Shown here: piece after piece, positions 1 to 8,700 of the stretch
Position numbering within the stretch: position 1 is the stretch's first letter
Layout: the number at the start of each line of letters is the position of its first letter
Source: Bacillota bacterium
GTDB taxonomy: Bacteria; Bacillota; Sulfobacillia; JAJZYS01; JAILZS01
Direction of reading: 5' to 3'
DNA length: 64,000 bases
Assembly: GCA_023512375.1 (NCBI GenBank)
Contig: JAILZS010000004.1
Location: 18,036 to 82,035 of the forward strand
Made by a program: the position numbers and the translations under genes
The notes under the pieces: model-generated
What the model saw: the letters and a program-made list of their open reading frames with translations, nothing else
Databases searched by the model: none
Told to the model about the DNA's origin: nothing

Positions 1-1135
1 CCGCGATCGCTTTCTCCACCATGCGGCGCGCCGCCTGGGGGTTCTCCTCCAGGAACGCCCCGAGCCCGTCGCTCACCGTTTGGTCCACGAGCCCCCGGAG
101 CTCGGGGTTGCCCAGCTTCGTCTTCGTCTGCCCCTCGAACTGCGGCTCGACGAGCTGGACGGCCACGACGGAGACGAGCCCTTCGCGGACGTCCTCCCCT
201 CCGAGGTTGGCATCGCCTTCCTTGAGGAGGCCGGCGCGGCGCGCGTAATCGTTCACCACCCGGGTGAGGGCCGCCTTGAACCCGGCCTCGTGCGTGCCAC
301 CCTCCTCGGTGCGGATCGTGTTCGCGAAGGACAGGAACGTGTCCTGGTAGCCCGTGTTGTACTGGAGCGCGAACTCCACCATGGCGCCGTCGAAGTCCCG
401 CCGGGCGTATACCGGCGCGTCGGGGATCACGTCGCGCCCGCGGTTGAGCTCCGCCACCATCGACACGAGGCCGCCTCGGAACAGGAATTGGCGCTCCTCC
501 CCGGTGCGCTCGTCCATCAGGCGGATGCGCAGGCCAGGGTTGAGGAAGGCGATCTCCCGTAGCCGCCCGGTGACCACCGAGGCGTCGAAATGCGTGTCGG
601 GGAAGATGTCGGGGTCGGGCAGGAAGCGGACGAGCGAGCCGCGCTCGCCGCTCTCCCCCAGCCGCATCATGTCCCCCGTGGGTTTGCCCCGACGAAACTC
701 CTGCCGGAAGTGCTCGCCCTCGCGCCAGACGTCGATGGCCATCGAGGCGGACAGCGCGTTGACGACGGACAGCCCGACGCCGTGCAGGCCGCCGGACACC
801 TTGTATCCACCGGCCCCGAACTTGCCGCCTGCGTTGAGCATGGTGGCCACGGCCTCCAGGGCGGGCCGGCCGGTCTTCGCGTGCGTGTCGGTGGGGAATC
901 CACGCCCGTTGTCGCGCACGGCCACCGAGCCGTCGCCGGCCAGGACCACGTCGATCCGGCTCGCGTACCCGGCCAACGCCTCGTCTACCGCGTTGTCGAC
1001 GATCTCGTACACGAGATGGTGGAGGCCCGCAGGCCCTGTGCTGCCGATGTACATCCCAGGGCGCTTGCGGACGTGCTCGATGTCCTCGAGGATCTGGATC
1101 TTCGACGCGTCGTACCGTTCGCTCTCTACCGCCAT
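1..1135 (-). CDS. gyrB: DNA gyrase subunit B, N-terminal part (gene runs off the window start)
   Basis: Not in the ORF track because there is no stop in the window. My minus-strand translation from the ATG at 1133-1135 reads MAVESERYDASKIQILEDIEHVRKRPGMYIGS..LHHLVYEIVDNAVDEALAG..GGLHGVGLSVVNALS, the GyrB GHKL ATPase N-terminus. Its position after recF/DUF721/DUF370 fits origin synteny. Confidence 0.95.
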   Translation of the reverse strand, partial: MAVESERYDASKIQILEDIEHVRKRPGMYIGSTGPAGLHHLVYEIVDNAVDEALAGYASRIDVVLAGDGSVAVRDNGRGFPTDTHAKTGRPALEAVATMLNAGGKFGAGGYKVSGGLHGVGLSVVNALSASMAIDVWREGEHFRQEFRRGKPTGDMMRLGESGERGSLVRFLPDPDIFPDTHFDASVVTGRLREIAFLNPGLRIRLMDERTGEERQFLFRGGLVSMVAELNRGRDVIPDAPVYARRDFDGAMVEFALQYNTGYQDTFLSFANTIRTEEGGTHEAGFKAALTRVVNDYARRAGLLKEGDANLGGEDVREGLVSVVAVQLVEPQFEGQTKTKLGNPELRGLVDQTVSDGLGAFLEENPQAARRMVEKAIA

Positions 1136-1395
1136 GCGGTCACCTCGGGTCCGAACTGCCCGTGTTCGGCACGCCGTAGGATGGTCCAGGACGAGATCGG
1201 CGAGAGATAAAGCGCGTTCTCGGTGAGGACCGCGGACTTGGGCGGCTCGTTGGAGATGCGGACGAGCTTGCCCTCTGACTCCATGATCTCCAGGAACTCC
1301 CGAGACGCCTGCGACGGCCGGATCACGTCGAGGTCGAAGATGGCGATCACCTCGCGTGTCCGGATGGACATATCCGAACCGAGGTGCAGGATCAT
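1126..1395 (-). CDS. DUF370 family protein (RemB/YaaB-like)
   Basis: 89-aa ORF MILHLGSDMSIRTREVIAIFDLDVIRPSQASREFLE.. has the typical DUF370 N-terminus. It sits between recF/DUF721 and gyrB as in Bacillus. An ATGA overlap joins it to the upstream gene. Confidence 0.8.
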   Translation of the reverse strand: MILHLGSDMSIRTREVIAIFDLDVIRPSQASREFLEIMESEGKLVRISNEPPKSAVLTENALYLSPISSWTILRRAEHGQFGPEVTAWR

Positions 1396-1898
1396 GCCCC
1401 GTCATCCCCCTTCCCGGCCGTCGCCGCGTCCCGCGCCAGTGCCCTTGCCACCAAGCGACCGAAGGCGGTCGCCAGGTCCGGATCGGCGACTGGGCGCGCG
1501 ATGCGCTCCGCGCGCGCCACCTCGTCCGCGTGCGGTGCAGGCGCCTGCTGCCGTGTTCCGCCCTCGCCCCCCCACGCGGGGAGGGTACCGATCCGGAACC
1601 GCAGCCGCCGCACCACCGTGCGCCCGCAAGCCGCGTTGAGCTGGGCGACGAGCGCGCTCTCCATCCAGCGTAACTCATTCGCCCACGGCGCGCCATCGAC
1701 GACGACGTGGAGCGTATCGCGCTCCACCCGCTCGGGGCGGGCGTGGCGGGCGACCGCCTCGCCCAGGGCGCGGTCCCACACCGCCATGGCGAACAAGGCG
1801 CTGGCCCTCTTGTGGTAACCGAGTCGGCTCAGGACGGCGTGGAGGAGGGGTCCTACGGGCTCGCTCCTGCGTCGCCCGGCACTTCGTCCCCCGGCCAT
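1392..1898 (-). CDS. DUF721 domain protein (recF-gyrB spacer gene)
   Basis: The C-terminal part of ORF 1392..2111 reads LLHAVLSRLGYHKRASALFAMAVWDRALGEAVARHARPERVERDTLHVVVDGAPWANELRWMESALVAQLN, a DUF721 pattern. I trimmed the start to Met72 (1898). The exact start is uncertain and overlaps the recF 3' end. Confidence 0.7.
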   Translation of the reverse strand: MAGGRSAGRRRSEPVGPLLHAVLSRLGYHKRASALFAMAVWDRALGEAVARHARPERVERDTLHVVVDGAPWANELRWMESALVAQLNAACGRTVVRRLRFRIGTLPAWGGEGGTRQQAPAPHADEVARAERIARPVADPDLATAFGRLVARALARDAATAGKGDDGA

Positions 1899-2986
1899 GC
1901 GCGCAACCCTCCCCGCTCGGTGCGGACGACGGCCGCCTCCGCCACCGGCGGCGCCGCCGTGCTGGAAACGAACGCCTGATGCCCCTTCGCGGCCTCGAGC
2001 AGACGCTCCTGCCGCGACGCGTCCAGCTCGCTCAGCACGTCGTCGAGGACGAGCAGCGGCCGGTCCGCCCGCACCTCGCCCAGATATTCCAGGAGCGCGA
2101 TCTTGACGCACACCACGGCGCTTCGCTGCTCTCCCTGGGAGGCGAAGGCGCGCATCTCCCGTCCGTCAAGGCGGAAGGCGAGGTCGTCGCGATGTGGGCC
2201 GACCAACGTGTGGCCGCGCGCGCGCTCCAGCGTTCGCGCCGTGCGCAGAGCGCGGAGAAGCTCCTCCTCCGTGCCGGCCGCGCCCTCGGCTGCGCCGGCC
2301 GCGTCGATGCAGGGCCGGTAGGCGAACTCCAGGCGATGGCCCTCTCCCGCCAGGCGACGGTAGCCCGCCGCGACGCGCGGCGACAGGGCGTCGACCACCC
2401 GGCGGCGGAAGGCTTGCACGCCGGCACCGAGTGTGGCGACGGCCTCGTCCCAGGGGGCGAGTTCCCCCTCCCCCGCCCTCCCCTCGCCCATAGCGCGCAG
2501 GAGGGCGTTGCGTTGCGCCAACGCGCGCCCGTAACGGCGCAGGAGATCGCGGTACGCCAGGGAGACCTGGGCCAGGTCGCGCTCCAACAGGCGCCGGCGC
2601 GCCTCGGGCCCGCCCTTCACCAATTCGAGGTCGTCGGGGGTGAACGCCACCGCCGCCGGTGTCCCCTCCGCCCCCGCGCGGGTCGCACGCCCGTCGAGGA
2701 GATAGCGGCGCGCCTGGGGGGAGAGCTGGAGCGACACCTCGTGCTCACCGCCCTCGTCGCCCGCCAGCGCAGCGTCGACGCGCAGACTGCCCGCGCCCTC
2801 CCGCACCAAGTCCCGGTCGCGCGCCGCGGGCCGAAGGCGCAGGCCCGCCAAGAGCGCTACGGCCTCCAGGAGGTTGGTCTTTCCGCTCCCGTTGGCACCG
2901 AGGATGACGTTCATGCCCGGGGACGGCTCCCAGGTCAGGTGGCTGTAGGAACGAAAGTCGGCCAAGCGGAGGCGGCGTAGGATCAC
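1853..2986 (-). CDS. recF: DNA replication and repair protein RecF
   Basis: VILRRLRLADFRSYSHLTWEPSPGMNVILGANGSGKTNLLEAV (Walker A) ... LLVLDDVLSELD (Walker B/D-loop). GTG at 2986 is preceded by GAGGGAGGGAGG and overlaps the stop of the upstream S4 gene. Confidence 0.9.
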   Translation of the reverse strand: MILRRLRLADFRSYSHLTWEPSPGMNVILGANGSGKTNLLEAVALLAGLRLRPAARDRDLVREGAGSLRVDAALAGDEGGEHEVSLQLSPQARRYLLDGRATRAGAEGTPAAVAFTPDDLELVKGGPEARRRLLERDLAQVSLAYRDLLRRYGRALAQRNALLRAMGEGRAGEGELAPWDEAVATLGAGVQAFRRRVVDALSPRVAAGYRRLAGEGHRLEFAYRPCIDAAGAAEGAAGTEEELLRALRTARTLERARGHTLVGPHRDDLAFRLDGREMRAFASQGEQRSAVVCVKIALLEYLGEVRADRPLLVLDDVLSELDASRQERLLEAAKGHQAFVSSTAAPPVAEAAVVRTERGGLRAWPGDEVPGDAGASP

Positions 2987-3228
2987 GGCCTCCCTCCCTC
3001 GTCCGCGTGCTCCACGCGCAGACGGACGCCGTCCACCTCCACATGGTCGCCCGGCACGAGCGAGCGCCCTCGCCGCGGCTCGGGCCTGCCGTTCACGCGC
3101 ACCCGGCCCGCGGCGCACATGGCCTTGGCTTCGCCCCCGGTGCGCGCCGCGCCCGCGAGCTTGAGGAAGGCCGATAGGGCGATGGGCGGGCGCGCCACCG
3201 GCACGGCTCGGGCTTCACGCTCCGCCAT
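2983..3228 (-). CDS. S4-domain RNA-binding protein (YaaA/RlbA-like)
   Basis: 81 aa, ..LSAFLKLAGAARTGGEAKAMCAAGRVRVNGRPEPRRGRSLVPGDHVEV.. is an S4 fold signature. It holds the canonical position between dnaN and recF. Confidence 0.8.
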   Translation of the reverse strand: MAEREARAVPVARPPIALSAFLKLAGAARTGGEAKAMCAAGRVRVNGRPEPRRGRSLVPGDHVEVDGVRLRVEHADEGGRP

Positions 3229-3237
3229 GCGCGCGCC

Positions 3238-4332
3238 TCATCCCCGCATCATCGGCAGGACGACGACGTATTGGTCGCGCCGGTCCACCGGCCGCATGCG
3301 CATGAGTTCTTCCGGACCGCGCAGCTCGAGGATCACCTCGTCCCCCTCCAGATGGCTGAGGCCCTCGAGCAGGAGGCGGGCGTTGAACGAGATCTCCATC
3401 TCACCGCCCACGCGCCGTGCCGGCACCGCTTCGCGCGCGCGGCTCCCCACCGCCTCGCCGTGGAGCGCGATTTCCTCCCCCTGGAAGGCGAGGTAGACCT
3501 GGGGCATCCCCGGGTCCACCAGGGCCGCGACCCGGTCGCACGCGCCCAGCAGCGCGGTTCGCTCCGCCACCGCCTGCACGGGATACTCCTCCGGGATGAG
3601 GTGGTCGATCTCCGGATAGGCGCCGTCCAGGAGCCGGCTGTACAGGCGCGCCCCCTCCCAGCGCACGGTCACTCCGTGGCTGTCCCAGGCGATCGCGTAC
3701 GTCTCGGCCTGACCCGACAGGCGGCCCATCGCCACGAGCGCGCTGGCCGGGAACACCACCGAGCTCTCCACCGCCACCCCGCCCTCGATGGGTCGGCTGC
3801 TCATGGCCACCTTGCTCCGGTCCGTGGCGAGAAACTCCACCGACTGCGGCCCGAAGCGTACGCGCACCCCCTCGAGCACCGGCTGACCCGGATCGTAGCC
3901 GGCGGCGAAGGCGACGTGTTCCACGCCTCGGCGAAACTCGGCCCCCGCCACTCGCACGCCCTCGTCGGCCGCGAAGGGGAGGCGGGGAAACTCGTCGGGC
4001 GCCATCGTCGGCAGCGTCGCCTCCCCCTGCGCCCAGCGAAGTTCCACGGACGCGGGCGCCTCGCTATCGATGACGAGGGTTCCCGACTCGAGTCGGCGGG
4101 TGAGGTCCGCTAGGGGGCGGAGGGGGATCACGCTCTGGCCCGGGACATCCACCGACACGGGTAAGGTCCATTCGAGCCCGAGCGACAGATTGTGGGCCGT
4201 GAGCCTTAGCGCGCCTTCCTGAGCATCGCAGAGAACGCCCGAGAGAATCGGGAGTGTTTCGCGATGGGCGCTTACGCTCAAGAGGGCCGCCAGGGCTGGA
4301 CGCAGTCGGGCGGTGTCGACGGCGACTCGCAT
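3238..4332 (-). CDS. dnaN: DNA polymerase III beta subunit (sliding clamp)
   Basis: 364-aa ORF immediately downstream of dnaA. It has three-domain clamp-like length and sequence (..LLSVSAHRETLPILSGVLC..LRLTAHNLSLGLE..). Confidence 0.9.
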   Translation of the reverse strand: MRVAVDTARLRPALAALLSVSAHRETLPILSGVLCDAQEGALRLTAHNLSLGLEWTLPVSVDVPGQSVIPLRPLADLTRRLESGTLVIDSEAPASVELRWAQGEATLPTMAPDEFPRLPFAADEGVRVAGAEFRRGVEHVAFAAGYDPGQPVLEGVRVRFGPQSVEFLATDRSKVAMSSRPIEGGVAVESSVVFPASALVAMGRLSGQAETYAIAWDSHGVTVRWEGARLYSRLLDGAYPEIDHLIPEEYPVQAVAERTALLGACDRVAALVDPGMPQVYLAFQGEEIALHGEAVGSRAREAVPARRVGGEMEISFNARLLLEGLSHLEGDEVILELRGPEELMRMRPVDRRDQYVVVLPMMRG

Positions 4333-4436
4333 GCGGGCCGACTCTCCCTTCGATGGGGCTGTTCTCCTCGGGCGGAGTGGTTCCTCATAGGGCGGAGATG
4401 AAGGACATAGCGCCGTATCCGTCGGCGGTGTGGAGA

Positions 4437-4591
4437 AGTGGATAACCCTGCGGGAGGCCTGAGGGACGGGGATGCGGGCGGTGGATAGGGGTGTGGATCC
4501 TGGGGAGAACTCGGCCGGGTACCTGTGGGTGGGCGGTGGACGTCCCCATCCGCCCCCAACCGTTCGACACGCTATCCACCGGTTATCCCCG
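4437..4591. promoter_or_regulatory. DnaA-box cluster in the dnaA-dnaN spacer (oriC part)
   Basis: Matches to TGTGGATAA/TTATCCACA: AGTGGATAA 4437-4445, GTGGATAGG 4481-4489, TGTGGATCC 4492-4500, CTATCCACC 4572-4580, TTATCCCCG 4583-4591. Each has 1-2 mismatches. Confidence 0.6.
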
Positions 4592-4605
4592 CTCTTGTCC
4601 AGAGG

Positions 4606-5991
4606 TCAGGAGGTGGGGTGCTGGACGGCGTCCACGAGAGCGGCCACCGTGGCCCGGAGCTCGTCGTTGGCAGCCATGAGCTCCTCGATCTTCGTGCACG
4701 CATGCAGGACGGTGGTGTGGTCGCGCCCGCCAAAGGCCTCGCCGATGCGGGGAAGGCTCGCGTCGGTAAGGCGGCGCGAAAGGTACATGGCCACCTGGCG
4801 GGGGAAGGCCACCGCACGTGTGCGGCTCTTCGCGCTCAGGGCCTCCGGGTCGATGCCGTAGTAGGCGGCCACCGCCGCCTGGATCATGGGGATGGTGACG
4901 AGCCGCTTTCGCTCCGGCGGGAAGAGGTCCTTCAGGAGCGACTGGGCGAGGGCCAAGGTCATCGGCTCGGCGTGGAGGGAGGCGTGGGCTGCGAGGCGGA
5001 TGAGGGCGCCCTCCAGCTCGCGGATGTTCGTCTCGACGCGCCGGGCGATGAAGACCAGGACATCGTCCGGGATGTCGATGCCTTCGAGCTGTGCCTTCTT
5101 CTTCAGAATCGCAACTCGCGTCTCAAAATCTGGTGGCTGGATGTCGGTGATCAAACCCCACTCAAAGCGCGAGCGAAGCCGCTCCTCCAACGTAGTAAAA
5201 TCCTTTGGAGGACGATCGGATGAGATGACAAGCTGCTTTTGTGCTCCGTGAAGTGCCTCAAATGTGTGAAAGAATTCCTCCTGCGTTCTTTCCTTTCCAG
5301 ATATAAATTGAATGTCGTCAATTAACAAAATGTCAATGTTTCGGTATCTCGCCCTGAATTCCGCTGTCTTGTCGTCACGAATGGCAGTGATGATCTGATT
5401 CGTGAATGTCTCGGACGTGACGTAGAGAACGCGGCTCTTGGGATGGAGGCTGCGCGCCATGTGGCCGATAGCGTGCATGAGGTGGGTCTTTCCCAGGCCT
5501 ACGCCGCCGTACACGAAGAGGGGATTGTAGGCGCGGGCCGGGTTCTGGGCCACGGCCTGGCAGGCGGCGTGGGCGAGACGGTTGGACGTGCCGACGACGA
5601 ATGTGTCGAAGGTGTAGCGGTCGCGGAGGGGACTTCCCACCTCGGCGGCCGCGTCCCAAGAGGGTTGGGGCGGCGGTTCCGGCGCCTCACGGCGGGCGTC
5701 GCGCGCCCTTGCGGCGGCGGTCTGGTGGCGGCGGGCCGAATCGGCGTCCACGACGAACTCGACGTTGACCTTGCGGGACGTGAGATTGCGCACCGTGTTG
5801 GCGACGACGCCGGCATAGCGGCTGCGTATGGTATCCCTTGCCATCTCGCTAGGAACGCCGATGATGAGCACGTCGTCGTTCATCTGCACGGGGTGCGTCG
5901 GGCGGATCCACGTTTCAAAGCTGGGTGTCGGGAGCTCGACCTCGAGCGCCTTGAGCGTGTCGTGCCAAAGGTCACCCAGGAAATCACGCAT
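4606..5991 (-). CDS. dnaA: Chromosomal replication initiator protein DnaA
   Basis: 461 aa: N-terminal MRDFLGDLWHDTLKALEVELPTPSFETWI, Walker A GGVGLGKTHLMHAIG, Walker B LLIDDIQF, box VII RSRFEWGL, C-terminal DnaA-box binding domain ..FGGRDHTTVLHA. Confidence 0.97.
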   Translation of the reverse strand: MRDFLGDLWHDTLKALEVELPTPSFETWIRPTHPVQMNDDVLIIGVPSEMARDTIRSRYAGVVANTVRNLTSRKVNVEFVVDADSARRHQTAAARARDARREAPEPPPQPSWDAAAEVGSPLRDRYTFDTFVVGTSNRLAHAACQAVAQNPARAYNPLFVYGGVGLGKTHLMHAIGHMARSLHPKSRVLYVTSETFTNQIITAIRDDKTAEFRARYRNIDILLIDDIQFISGKERTQEEFFHTFEALHGAQKQLVISSDRPPKDFTTLEERLRSRFEWGLITDIQPPDFETRVAILKKKAQLEGIDIPDDVLVFIARRVETNIRELEGALIRLAAHASLHAEPMTLALAQSLLKDLFPPERKRLVTIPMIQAAVAAYYGIDPEALSAKSRTRAVAFPRQVAMYLSRRLTDASLPRIGEAFGGRDHTTVLHACTKIEELMAANDELRATVAALVDAVQHPTS

Positions 5992-6119
5992 CCAACGTCC
6001 TCCTCGATGGGCGACGGGCGGGAGTGCGCGCAGTCATGTAGGAATGCATAAGAAGATGTCGCGGGTAGGGAGGTGCCGGGCAAACGCCTGCCGATGGAAC
6101 GAATAGAGAACCCACAAAT

Positions 6120-6150
6120 TCATCCACATACTATCCACACCGGTGGATAA
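6120..6150. promoter_or_regulatory. DnaA-box triplet upstream of dnaA (oriC part)
   Basis: TCATCCACA 6120-6128, CTATCCACA 6131-6139 and GGTGGATAA 6142-6150 (complement TTATCCACC), each one mismatch from TTATCCACA. They sit in a locally AT-richer stretch between dnaA and rpmH. Confidence 0.7.
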
Positions 6151-6337
6151 AATCGGCGAGGTGACAGGCCCCCGCCGGCGGAATTGTACCAGAGGTGGTG
6201 CGGCGAGGGACAGGGCGGCGATCGACTGCGTGGGGCGGCCGTCTCGTCCGCAGGGGGCCGGGGATGCTGCCACGCCCTCGCAGGGCGGCGGGCGCGTGAT
6301 CCCCTCGCTCTGGCGCGGAGGGTAGGCACGCCGTTCC

Positions 6338-6366
6338 TTGACACCCCGTGCACCCCCCCCTATACT
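6338..6366 (+). promoter_or_regulatory. SigA-type promoter of the rpmH-rnpA-yidD-yidC operon
   Basis: TTGACA at 6338-6343, an exact 17-nt spacer, then TATACT at 6361-6366. This lies 25 nt upstream of the rpmH start. Confidence 0.7.
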
Positions 6367-6390
6367 CGTTCTGTCCTACATGGCCTGGGG

Positions 6391-6534
6391 GTGGAAGCGC
6401 TGAAGCGTACCTACCAACCGAAGCGGCGGCGCCGGCGCCGGGTGCATGGGTTCCGGCGCCGGATGCGCACCGCGGGGGGACGGCGCGTCCTCAAGGCGCG
6501 CCGCCGCAAGGGGCGTAAGCGCCTCGCCTTGTAG
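6391..6534 (+). CDS. rpmH: 50S ribosomal protein L34
   Basis: The C-terminal 47 codons of ORF 6184..6534 read (V)[47 protein letters not shown] chose GTG at 6391 because the longer ORF would cover its own promoter. Confidence 0.9.
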   Translation: MEALKRTYQPKRRRRRRVHGFRRRMRTAGGRRVLKARRRKGRKRLAL

Positions 6535-6580
6535 CTCTCCTCCCCCCGGCGCGGAGCCGGAGCACATCCGCCACCGACAG

Positions 6581-6889
6581 GTGTTCGAGCGCGTGGTGCG
6601 GCAGGGGCGCGGGTACGCCAACCGGTGCTGCGCCCTTTATGTGTTGCGGCGAGGCGATGGGGGTCCGGCGCGGGTGGGGTTCGCGGCGGGGCGAAGGTTG
6701 GGGTCGGCCGTGCGCCGGAACCGCGCCCGCCGGCGCCTGCGGGAGGCGGTGCGGCGCCTGCGGGGGGAACTCCCGGGCGGGGTGGACACGGTGTGGATTG
6801 GCCGCGTCGCGGCGGTCGAGGCCCCCTGGGCGGAAGTGGAGGCGGCGGTACGGCAGCTATTGGCGGAAGCGTTCGGAGACAGGGGCTGA
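6581..6889 (+). CDS. rnpA: Ribonuclease P protein component
   Basis: ..[52 protein letters not shown].. is the RnpA basic motif, directly after rpmH. The start is uncertain: the first canonical start after the rpmH stop is GTG 6581, and the ORF is open from 6446. Confidence 0.75.
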   Translation: MFERVVRQGRGYANRCCALYVLRRGDGGPARVGFAAGRRLGSAVRRNRARRRLREAVRRLRGELPGGVDTVWIGRVAAVEAPWAEVEAAVRQLLAEAFGDRG

Positions 6890-6900
6890 GCGCGGCGGGG

Positions 6901-7107
6901 GTGGCGGTGGTCACGGGCGCCATCCGGGGCTACCGGCGCTTCGTATCGCCGCTGTTCCCGCCTTCGTGCCGGTACACCCCCACCTGCAGCGCGTACACGT
7001 TGACGGCGGTGGAGCGATACGGCGTCGCAAGGGGAATCTTCATGGGGCTGAAGCGGATCGCGCGCTGCCATCCGTGGCACGAAGGAGGATACGACCCGGT
7101 GCCCTAG
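6901..7107 (+). CDS. yidD: Membrane protein insertion efficiency factor YidD
   Basis: ..[62 protein letters not shown] is the full YidD signature. GTG 6901 is the first start after the rnpA stop. Confidence 0.85.
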   Translation: MAVVTGAIRGYRRFVSPLFPPSCRYTPTCSAYTLTAVERYGVARGIFMGLKRIARCHPWHEGGYDPVP

Positions 7108-7154
7108 GACGGGGACAGCCGGGGGCCGGCGCTGCGCGGTGAGGAGGGGATGGG

Positions 7155-7841
7155 TTGGGCGCCCTGTACCACTTCTTCGGGGCTGTCATGTTGTACCCCA
7201 TCGAGTTCTTCGTGCGGTACCTGCACAGCTATGGGCTGGCGATCGTCCTAGTGACGGTCCTCGTTCGTGTGGTATTGGCGCCCATCAGCATCCGGCAATT
7301 CGAGTCCATGCGCCAGATGCAGCTTCTGCAACCGGAAATGAAGGCCTTGCAGGAGCGATACAAGGGTGACCCGCAGAAGTTGCAGCAGGCACAGGCCGAA
7401 TTGTTCCGTGAGTATAAGGTCAACCCCTTTGCCGGCTGTCTGCCGCTACTCTTGCAGCTGCCGTTCCTTTGGGGGCTGTTTTATGCGCTCATGCACATCA
7501 ACTACCACAATGCGGGGTTCATCTGGATCCCCAATCTGAGCGGGCGCGACCCCTATTACATCCTTCCGCTTTTGTCTGGGCTCACGACGCTTCTCTCCAC
7601 GCAGATGACGTCGTCGGCGTCGCTGCAGACGCAGGACCGAACCCAGCAGATCGTCATGATGTTGCTCATGCCCGCCATCATCGTCTACTTCACGATCCGT
7701 TACCCTGCCGGCTTGGCCCTGTACTGGACGGTAAGCCAGATCCTCACGGTGGGGCAGCAATGGCTCTTCTTCCGCCGCCGCCCCACCCTTCCCGGACGGG
7801 GCCAGGGAGCCGGAGACGCCCGCGTGCAGCATGCGCGCTAG
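7155..7841 (+). CDS. yidC: YidC/Oxa1-family membrane insertase (short, SpoIIIJ/YqjG type)
   Basis: 228 aa: ..GLAIVLVTVLVRVVLAPISIRQFESMRQMQLLQPEMKALQERYKGDPQKLQQAQAELFREYKVNPFAGCLPLLLQLPFLWGLFYAL..YWTVSQILTVGQQW. TTG start. Confidence 0.9.
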   Translation: MGALYHFFGAVMLYPIEFFVRYLHSYGLAIVLVTVLVRVVLAPISIRQFESMRQMQLLQPEMKALQERYKGDPQKLQQAQAELFREYKVNPFAGCLPLLLQLPFLWGLFYALMHINYHNAGFIWIPNLSGRDPYYILPLLSGLTTLLSTQMTSSASLQTQDRTQQIVMMLLMPAIIVYFTIRYPAGLALYWTVSQILTVGQQWLFFRRRPTLPGRGQGAGDARVQHAR

Positions 7842-8616
7842 GCAGGTGGGGGATGGCGATCCCCCCGCACTGGAAGAGGAGGCCGCTGCCATCGGGGCGG
7901 CGGCCTCTGCCGTGGGCGTACGGCTGGAGCCTGAGGCCGCGCGCGCGATGGCCGTCCACGCCCGGCTGGTCCGGGCTGCGCCGTTCAACCTGACGTCCAT
8001 CGTGGAGCCGTCGGCGATGCACGTTCTCCATGTGGCCGACAGCCTGGCGCCGCTGGCGGTGTGGCCGGAAGTGGTGCGCACCGACGGGCCGGCGCTCGAC
8101 CTGGGCGCCGGCGCCGGCTACCCGGGACTGCCGCTGGCGCTGGCGGGGGCGGCACGGGCGGTGACGCTGCTGGAGGCGACGCGCAAGAAGGCGGAGTTTC
8201 TGGCGGAGGCGGCGCGGCGATGCGGGGCACCGGCGCGGGCGGTGTGGGTGCGGGCAGAGCAGGCGTCCGGCTCTGTCGGGCCCCAGGCGCGGGTGTGGGT
8301 GCGGGCGGTTGGCCCCCTCCCGGTAGTGGTCGAACTTGCGTTCGGCCTTCTGGCGCCCGGGGGCGTGGTCGTGGCATGGAAGGGGCCTGGGGCGGAGGGC
8401 GGGGAGGCGGCGGCAGGGGAGGCCGCCTGCCGCGCCCTCGGCGGTGATTACCTGGGGAGGCGCGCGTACTCCCTCCCCGGAGGGGCGGGGGAACGCGCCT
8501 TGTACGCGTACCGTCGCGGTGAGGGGCCCCTTCCGGCCGGGGTGCCGCGCAACCCGGCCGCCATCCGTCGCCGCCCCCTGGGGCGAGCAGCTGGTGATGG
8601 TTTTGTGGATGGATGA
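7831..8616 (+). CDS. rsmG: 16S rRNA (guanine527-N7)-methyltransferase RsmG/GidB
   Basis: ..FNLTSIVEPSAMHVLHVADSL..ALDLGAGAGYPGLPLALA (SAM motif)..LLEATRKKAEFL..; overlaps the yidC end by 11 nt. Confidence 0.85.
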   Translation: MRARQVGDGDPPALEEEAAAIGAAASAVGVRLEPEAARAMAVHARLVRAAPFNLTSIVEPSAMHVLHVADSLAPLAVWPEVVRTDGPALDLGAGAGYPGLPLALAGAARAVTLLEATRKKAEFLAEAARRCGAPARAVWVRAEQASGSVGPQARVWVRAVGPLPVVVELAFGLLAPGGVVVAWKGPGAEGGEAAAGEAACRALGGDYLGRRAYSLPGGAGERALYAYRRGEGPLPAGVPRNPAAIRRRPLGRAAGDGFVDG

Positions 8617-8700
8617 CCCGCCGACTCGCACGTGCGATTTCGGATGCTGGGTGGGGCGGGTTTCGGCGGATGCTGGAGTACAGTGCGCCGTGAAAGCTGA

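Noticed and set aside
6184-6390. N-terminal extension of the rpmH ORF (116 aa)
   Set aside because: The extension covers the TTGACA-17-TATACT promoter and is not L34-like. L34 is about 45 aa everywhere.
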